Shown here piece after piece: positions 59,035 through 64,000 of a stretch of 64,000 bases of DNA (position 1 is the stretch's first letter; the number at the start of each line of letters is the position of its first letter). Origin of the DNA: Vampirovibrionaceae bacterium NZW_1234 (GTDB lineage Bacteria; Cyanobacteriota; Vampirovibrionia; Vampirovibrionales; JAGQHJ01); the NCBI GenBank assembly GCA_041697335.1, contig JBGUGD010000002.1, forward strand, positions 32,001-96,000, in the 5' to 3' direction. Below the pieces are notes generated by a model that worked only from the letters and a program-made list of their open reading frames with translations, made no database searches and was not told the DNA's origin. The translations under genes were made by a program, and so were the position numbers.

Positions 59035-60783
59035 TTAGAACAAGGCCGTGTCGATGCCAAAGTGCAACCGAGCACCTTGGCGAAAGGGCAACTGGCGAAG
59101 CAGTGGAAAGCCCACATCGAGGCGGCCGGAGATACGGTTGGTGATTTGCGAGCGGATCCCGAATCCGGTGGACAGGATGTGATCATTGCCATCAATGCCT
59201 GCCGGTGTATGGGTTGCATCTCCGTAAGCATAATCCACAAAGGTCAAGACAGAGGTGGTGTCTCTCATATCATGATCCGAGAACGGCAAGCGCCAGCCTT
59301 TGGGGATGAACTTGGCAGGGATTTGATATTGTCCGGTCAAAACGGCATAGGTATCGGCAAAGATGAAGACTTCCCGATAGCCTCGGCCGTAGAAGGTACC
59401 GCCGATACCGCCGACGTCAAAGTTGGATAACCCGTCCGGGCTGTATTGCCATTGGGTGTTCAAGGTAAAGCTGGCATCCAGAGGAAGCTGGCGGACCGCC
59501 GTGGCATACCCGGTATAGCGGAAGAACTGGCTACCGCCACGATACCAGGATAGTCTGGGATCGGTAGACAAGGAGCCGCTGAAAATCGGGACGGCTTGTG
59601 CCAGCTCGTGACGCATGGACAGGGTGGTTTTTTCCCATTTCTGGTCATAGTTAATGCCGCCCCGAAAGGTTCTGACGGCTTCACGTTCGATGGGGTCATC
59701 GTTGGAGCGGGTATTGGATTGCTTGAAGTCGAAGTTGATATCGGCACTTAAACGTCGGTCGGGTTTGTCGAGAACCACATAGCGTAAGCCGGGGGAAATC
59801 CGGTAGGCCATCCCGTCTGAGCCGAAACCGGTATAGGGAACATTATAAGGCTCAATATCTGCAAATTGGGCATCGACATAGGCTCTGAGCTGAGGCTTGA
59901 TGGGGATCTCGTAGCGGCTAAACACGCCCGTCGAGCGAAAGCCTCTGACGGCTGAGAGCATCAGTGAATCGCCGTGGCCGGTGATGTTATTGTGAACGGC
60001 CGTTAGTGCGCCGAAATAGCGCCCGAAGATGATCTGGTCCAAGTTGTTGCCGGAAGCCACAATGTGTAAGGGCTGCTTGTGCTCACTGGATGTGATTTTG
60101 ATCTTTGCCTTGTGGGTGAAGGGAATAACTTCCAGAGTCGAGGAAAAGGACAGATCCGGGTTGGCCTGGATGAGTCGCAATTGCTTTTCCACGAAGGGCA
60201 TGTCGATGGCGTCTCCTGTTTTTACGCCTCTTAAAAGGTGTGTCAGGAGTTTTTCCTGCCATTTGTCTTCTGCTTGAACCTCAACGGAATCCAACGCTAA
60301 CGGGGTGACTGCAATGTGAAGGACGTTTCCTTTCAGGGTCACAACCGCGTCGGACAAGTAGCCGGATTGTTGGGACTTTGTCAGGTAGCTTTGGGTGAGT
60401 TCTTTCACACTTTCGGTGGTCAAACTCTTCTGGCCTTCTACAACTTCCTTATCGCGTTTCATAATCGAGTTGTATTCAACTTCGACTTGGTCAACGCTAA
60501 TGCTGTTTGAGGTTTGTTCCGGGACATCAATGGAGGGTGGAGCCAATTTGGCTTCAAGTTCTTTATCGATGTAAATGGGATGAGGAATGCTTGAAAACGT
60601 GGGTGCATCCAACTTGATTTGAGGGCCATAGGTGCCGTAAATCAAGTTTGGTGTTGTCGACATGATGGGTAGTTCACTGGCAGTAAAGGGTTTGACCGCA
60701 TTTGGATCTGCATGAACCGTAGAACTCATCAACGTTATGGTTGCAGACAACCCCAATACACCCAACTTGGATTTCAAGCGCAT
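59035..60783 (-). CDS. ShlB/FhaC/HecB-family (TpsB/Omp85) outer-membrane transporter
   Basis: Signal peptide, POTRA-like region, HNNITGHGDSL, IGGTFYGRGY (VRGY-like loop) and C-terminal Phe. Confidence 0.85.
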   Translation of the reverse strand: MRLKSKLGVLGLSATITLMSSTVHADPNAVKPFTASELPIMSTTPNLIYGTYGPQIKLDAPTFSSIPHPIYIDKELEAKLAPPSIDVPEQTSNSISVDQVEVEYNSIMKRDKEVVEGQKSLTTESVKELTQSYLTKSQQSGYLSDAVVTLKGNVLHIAVTPLALDSVEVQAEDKWQEKLLTHLLRGVKTGDAIDMPFVEKQLRLIQANPDLSFSSTLEVIPFTHKAKIKITSSEHKQPLHIVASGNNLDQIIFGRYFGALTAVHNNITGHGDSLMLSAVRGFRSTGVFSRYEIPIKPQLRAYVDAQFADIEPYNVPYTGFGSDGMAYRISPGLRYVVLDKPDRRLSADINFDFKQSNTRSNDDPIEREAVRTFRGGINYDQKWEKTTLSMRHELAQAVPIFSGSLSTDPRLSWYRGGSQFFRYTGYATAVRQLPLDASFTLNTQWQYSPDGLSNFDVGGIGGTFYGRGYREVFIFADTYAVLTGQYQIPAKFIPKGWRLPFSDHDMRDTTSVLTFVDYAYGDATHTPAGIDGNDHILSTGFGIRSQITNRISGRLDVGFPLLRQLPFRQGARLHFGIDTALF

Positions 60784-61072
60784 ATTAGACCTTTCTTTTC
60801 TTTAGAGTCTCTCTCTCTTTACTTTCACGTCCAATGAGAGAGAAGTGTGTGTTTCCTTAAACCGAAAATGAAGTGGGGTATGAATACCGTTTCTATTTCT
60901 TAAATAAGCATATTATTTTTTTTTCGTTACGGGTGATATTGATCGATGGGTTGCTTTGTCGAGCGATGGGTTAGCCAAAGGGTTAGTCTTTGGGATTAAT
61001 CCTTTGGCTTTGGCGTCGGTCAGTTTGGTTGTGGGGGGTGGAAAGCGGGGTTTTTACGGGAGGGCGGCGCAC

Positions 61073-61103
61073 AAAAAAACGACGTCAGGGACGTCGTTTT
61101 TTT
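61073..61103. terminator. Bidirectional intrinsic terminator
   Basis: A7-CGACGTC-AGG-GACGTCG-T7. Confidence 0.8.
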
Positions 61104-61137
61104 GAAGTATTTTTTTGGGTGAATTCACCCGAAAAGC

Positions 61138-61395
61138 TTAGTGCATGCAATGGGCGGAAGAATTCCGGGTGGCAAAGCATTGGCGTGGGGTGGCCAGTTT
61201 TTTCTCGGTAGAGGGTTTTTCTTTGGTCTCTACAAACAAGAAGGCTGACCCTTCCGGTGTGACAACCGGGGCGTCGTTAATGTAGGAATATTCCTTGTCG
61301 GAAATCTTCTCGGATTTGTCTTCTCCAGCAAAACTCAGGCCGTTGATGCCAGCAGCTAAGAGGACAATAGCGATTGCAGTAGTCAATAATTTCAT
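61138..61395 (-). CDS. Small exported hypothetical protein
   Basis: RBS AGGAG; signal peptide MKLLTTAIAIVLLAAGINGLSFA; own terminator. Confidence 0.8.
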   Translation of the reverse strand: MKLLTTAIAIVLLAAGINGLSFAGEDKSEKISDKEYSYINDAPVVTPEGSAFLFVETKEKPSTEKKLATPRQCFATRNSSAHCMH

Positions 61396-61741
61396 TTCAT
61401 CTCTCCTGACTTTTTCTCTTCATACTAAGGCATCTCGCAGAAGCGCCCAAGTGGTTCTATTTATACATTAATTATATAAAAACATTGTCTTTTTGAAAAG
61501 TGCTCTTTTGAGTGATTTTGTTAAAGAATGTATCTGGAGGCGTTTTGGTTTCAAAAGCGGGCTTGTTCGGCATTTAGCAAGGGTAGATGGGGATTGTGTG
61601 GGCCTCAGAATTTAGGTTCAGTGTGTGTTTCTGGGGAATGATGGGTGGGTTTTGCCAAGCAGAGGGGCGGTGGGCCTGGTGATACCGTTTTAAAACGATC
61701 GAGCGTGGCTATCAGTCTAACAAAGTGCTGAGGCTTCGACA

Positions 61742-64000
61742 TCAATCAAATGCTTGGGATACGAGTTGGTTTGAGGGATGAGCCTCCGGGAGTTGCCCTG
61801 ACGGGTGGAACATGGGGAGTTTGAATGAAAACGTGGATCCCTGGCCCACCTCACTGGTAAACCAGATTAAGCCGCCGTGAAGCTCAACCAGGTGCTTGGT
61901 GAGTGCAAGCCCCAGCCCTGTGCCTTCCTGGGTCTTGTTGGATGAGGAATCGAGCTGCTGAAAGGTTTTGAATAATTCACCATGCCTGGATTTGGGGATG
62001 CCTTCGCCGGTGTCCTCAACTTCCCCAATTACCCACAGGTTGTCCTCGGAGGGATAGAACCGGATGTAGACCTGGCCATGGGGTTTATTGAACTTGATTG
62101 CGTTACTGATCAAGTTGTAGAAGATCTGCTTCAGGCGGCTTGCATCGACATGGACCAGGGTCAGGCCGGGGGCAATGTCAAAATGAAGCTCGACATCCTG
62201 TTTTAAGGCCATGGCATCCAGAACCCCCTTGAGTTCATCGACCAGGGGCATCACGTCAACGGGTTCGATGGATAAGCGGAACTTGCCGGCTTCGATTTTG
62301 GAGAGGTCCAGAATGTCGTTCACCAGCGTGAGCAGGTGCTTGCCGCTACTGGTAATATTATCGATGTATCGGTGTTGTTTTTCATTCAGGGCGCCTGCCA
62401 GGCCATTATCGAGCATTTCGGAGTAGCCGATAACAGCGTTGAGGGGGGTTCTCAGCTCGTGGCTCATGTTGGCCAGAAATTGGCTTTTGCGTTTGTTGGC
62501 TTCCTCTGCGGCCTGCCGGGCTTGTTTTTCATTCTGGAACAGGTTGGATTGGTAGACAGCTACGCCGATATGCCGGGTAATGGTTTCCAGCAGGCGAATT
62601 TCTTCTTCGCTCCAAGTGCGTTCAAACTGGCATTGGTGAAGGACCAGACGGCCATAAGCTTCATCCCGGTAGGAGAACTCCATTACTACCACCGATTGGA
62701 CATTGTAGATTTGGGCATAGGTCCGGTACTCTTCCGGAAAGTCTTGGGGGGATGAGTACTGTACCAAAAAGCTCGGATGCGGGCTATCTTTCTGGGGTTG
62801 CAGGGTTTTTAGCAACCGTATAGGCAGGTCTTGTGCCTGCAGAGGCTGGATATTCTGTCGGCAGAATTGCTCGAAGAGTTGAAAATCAAGTGTCTCAGGG
62901 GTATCGGCGTTTTCGTAAAAGAAAAGGATGGCTCGATCGACATCGAGGTAGCGGCAGAGATCTTCCAATATGGAATAGATCGTGAAGCGGATGTCGAGGC
63001 TGTGGTTGATGGTTTCAACCACCTGGCGGACCAGGGTTTCCCGGTTCAGGGCAGCTTGTAGTTTTGAACGGGTCCGGGCGATATCGGAAATGTCGATTTC
63101 GACCCCCAGCATCCGATAGGGGGTTCCCGCACTGTCTCGCAGGGCGGCACCCGCCCCCAGCCAATGCATCAGATGGCCCTGGGCATGGCGGATCCTAAAT
63201 TCAACCTCAAACTTTTGATTCGGATCATTCAGGTGGGCGTGGATATGGGATTCTATCAGCGGGCGGTCCTCTTGGGCAACAAGGGAGATAAAGCCGTCAT
63301 AGCTGGGGGAGATTTCATCCGGGGACAAGCCAACCATGTCATAGAAGCGAGGACTCCAGTAGACTTCTCCTGTGATAAGATTCCAATCCCACACAGCGCT
63401 ATTGGTGGCGTCAATCACCATGCGGAACCGTTCTTCGGCTTCAATCAAGGCACGTTGGGCTTCTTTGAGCCTGGAGATGTCTAGCACAAAGCAGATGGTT
63501 TTTTCGGTGGAGCCTTCCAGAAAGGCAAAGCCGATGACGACATCCACGCGGCTGCCGTCTTTTCGGATGTATTGCTTGTCGTAAGGCGTACAGGAGCCTC
63601 GGGCCTGGAGTTCCCGGACCGCTTCATAATCTTTTTCCAGGTATTCCGCTGGGGTGATCTCATCCCAGCGAACGCGGCCCTCCAGGATCTCTTCTCGGGT
63701 ATAGCCTGTCATCTCTAGAACGGTCTCATTGGCATCCCAGATATTGCCGTGAACATCCGCAAAAAAGATGCCCATCAAGCCAGAGTCGGAAAGGCGTTTC
63801 AGATTGGCCTCACTCTGTTTTCGCTCGGTGATATCGGTAATGGCGCCAGCCATCCGGACTGGGTGACCCTGGACATCGCGAGTGGCTTTTCCTCTGCTGG
63901 TTAGGTACCGCAACGTTCCCGAGGGATGCTGGTAACGGAATTCCACGTCATACGGCTCGTTGCGCTCGAAATGGGATTCCAGGGCTTTCTGAATGAGGGC
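61742..64000 (-). CDS. Multi-PAS/GAF sensor histidine kinase (5' end outside window)
   Basis: PAS/PAC repeats, a GAF domain, FLANMSHELRTPLN, NLISNAIKF and GTGLGLAL; the frame is open to the window end. Confidence 0.95.
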   Translation of the reverse strand, partial: ALIQKALESHFERNEPYDVEFRYQHPSGTLRYLTSRGKATRDVQGHPVRMAGAITDITERKQSEANLKRLSDSGLMGIFFADVHGNIWDANETVLEMTGYTREEILEGRVRWDEITPAEYLEKDYEAVRELQARGSCTPYDKQYIRKDGSRVDVVIGFAFLEGSTEKTICFVLDISRLKEAQRALIEAEERFRMVIDATNSAVWDWNLITGEVYWSPRFYDMVGLSPDEISPSYDGFISLVAQEDRPLIESHIHAHLNDPNQKFEVEFRIRHAQGHLMHWLGAGAALRDSAGTPYRMLGVEIDISDIARTRSKLQAALNRETLVRQVVETINHSLDIRFTIYSILEDLCRYLDVDRAILFFYENADTPETLDFQLFEQFCRQNIQPLQAQDLPIRLLKTLQPQKDSPHPSFLVQYSSPQDFPEEYRTYAQIYNVQSVVVMEFSYRDEAYGRLVLHQCQFERTWSEEEIRLLETITRHIGVAVYQSNLFQNEKQARQAAEEANKRKSQFLANMSHELRTPLNAVIGYSEMLDNGLAGALNEKQHRYIDNITSSGKHLLTLVNDILDLSKIEAGKFRLSIEPVDVMPLVDELKGVLDAMALKQDVELHFDIAPGLTLVHVDASRLKQIFYNLISNAIKFNKPHGQVYIRFYPSEDNLWVIGEVEDTGEGIPKSRHGELFKTFQQLDSSSNKTQEGTGLGLALTKHLVELHGGLIWFTSEVGQGSTFSFKLPMFHPSGQLPEAHPSNQLVSQAFD

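Noticed and set aside
1..64000. tRNA, rRNA, transposase, integrase or prophage genes
   Set aside because: None recognised by eye in either strand or in the ORF track.

Overview
A 64-kb, gene-dense chromosomal window with no rRNA, tRNA, CRISPR array or recognisable mobile element. The housekeeping genes (glmS, tex, gatB, pgk, rsmB, tatA, pduO, nfeD-stomatin) look cyanobacteria-like, but no photosynthesis genes are present. Together with a chemoreceptor, pilin/Tad proteins and many orphan proteins, this suggests a Vampirovibrionia (Melainabacteria) genome; that placement is an inference. The most striking locus is an AT-richer block at about 49.0-55.6 kb. Three tandem GT4-type glycosyltransferases converge on an ~890-aa Tyr/Thr/Ser/Trp-rich protein whose two halves are in exact antiparallel register: residue numbers sum to 1093 for one Cys pair and ten WxP/GY[WY]-type aromatic pairs. 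This suggests a single ~670-residue beta-hairpin closed by a disulfide, probably a glycosylated fibre. A second theme is a scattered set of effector-like enzymes without Sec signals: a calpain, an apparently permuted caspase-like protein, a Lon variant, a prolyl oligopeptidase, an M3-like peptidase, an AvrB-like Fido protein and a polymorphic-toxin-like RelA/SpoT protein. Most carry a low-complexity N-terminal leader ending in an (P/I)-R-F-G-like motif, a candidate secretion signal. Smaller observations are a split, reordered argZ/agrE, HLR1(RpaB)-like boxes, a candidate structured ncRNA, a helically phased CGCG array, a TonB-domain gene with an in-frame stop, and a probable leaderless gene. 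All family calls come from motif recognition by eye; no database searches were run.
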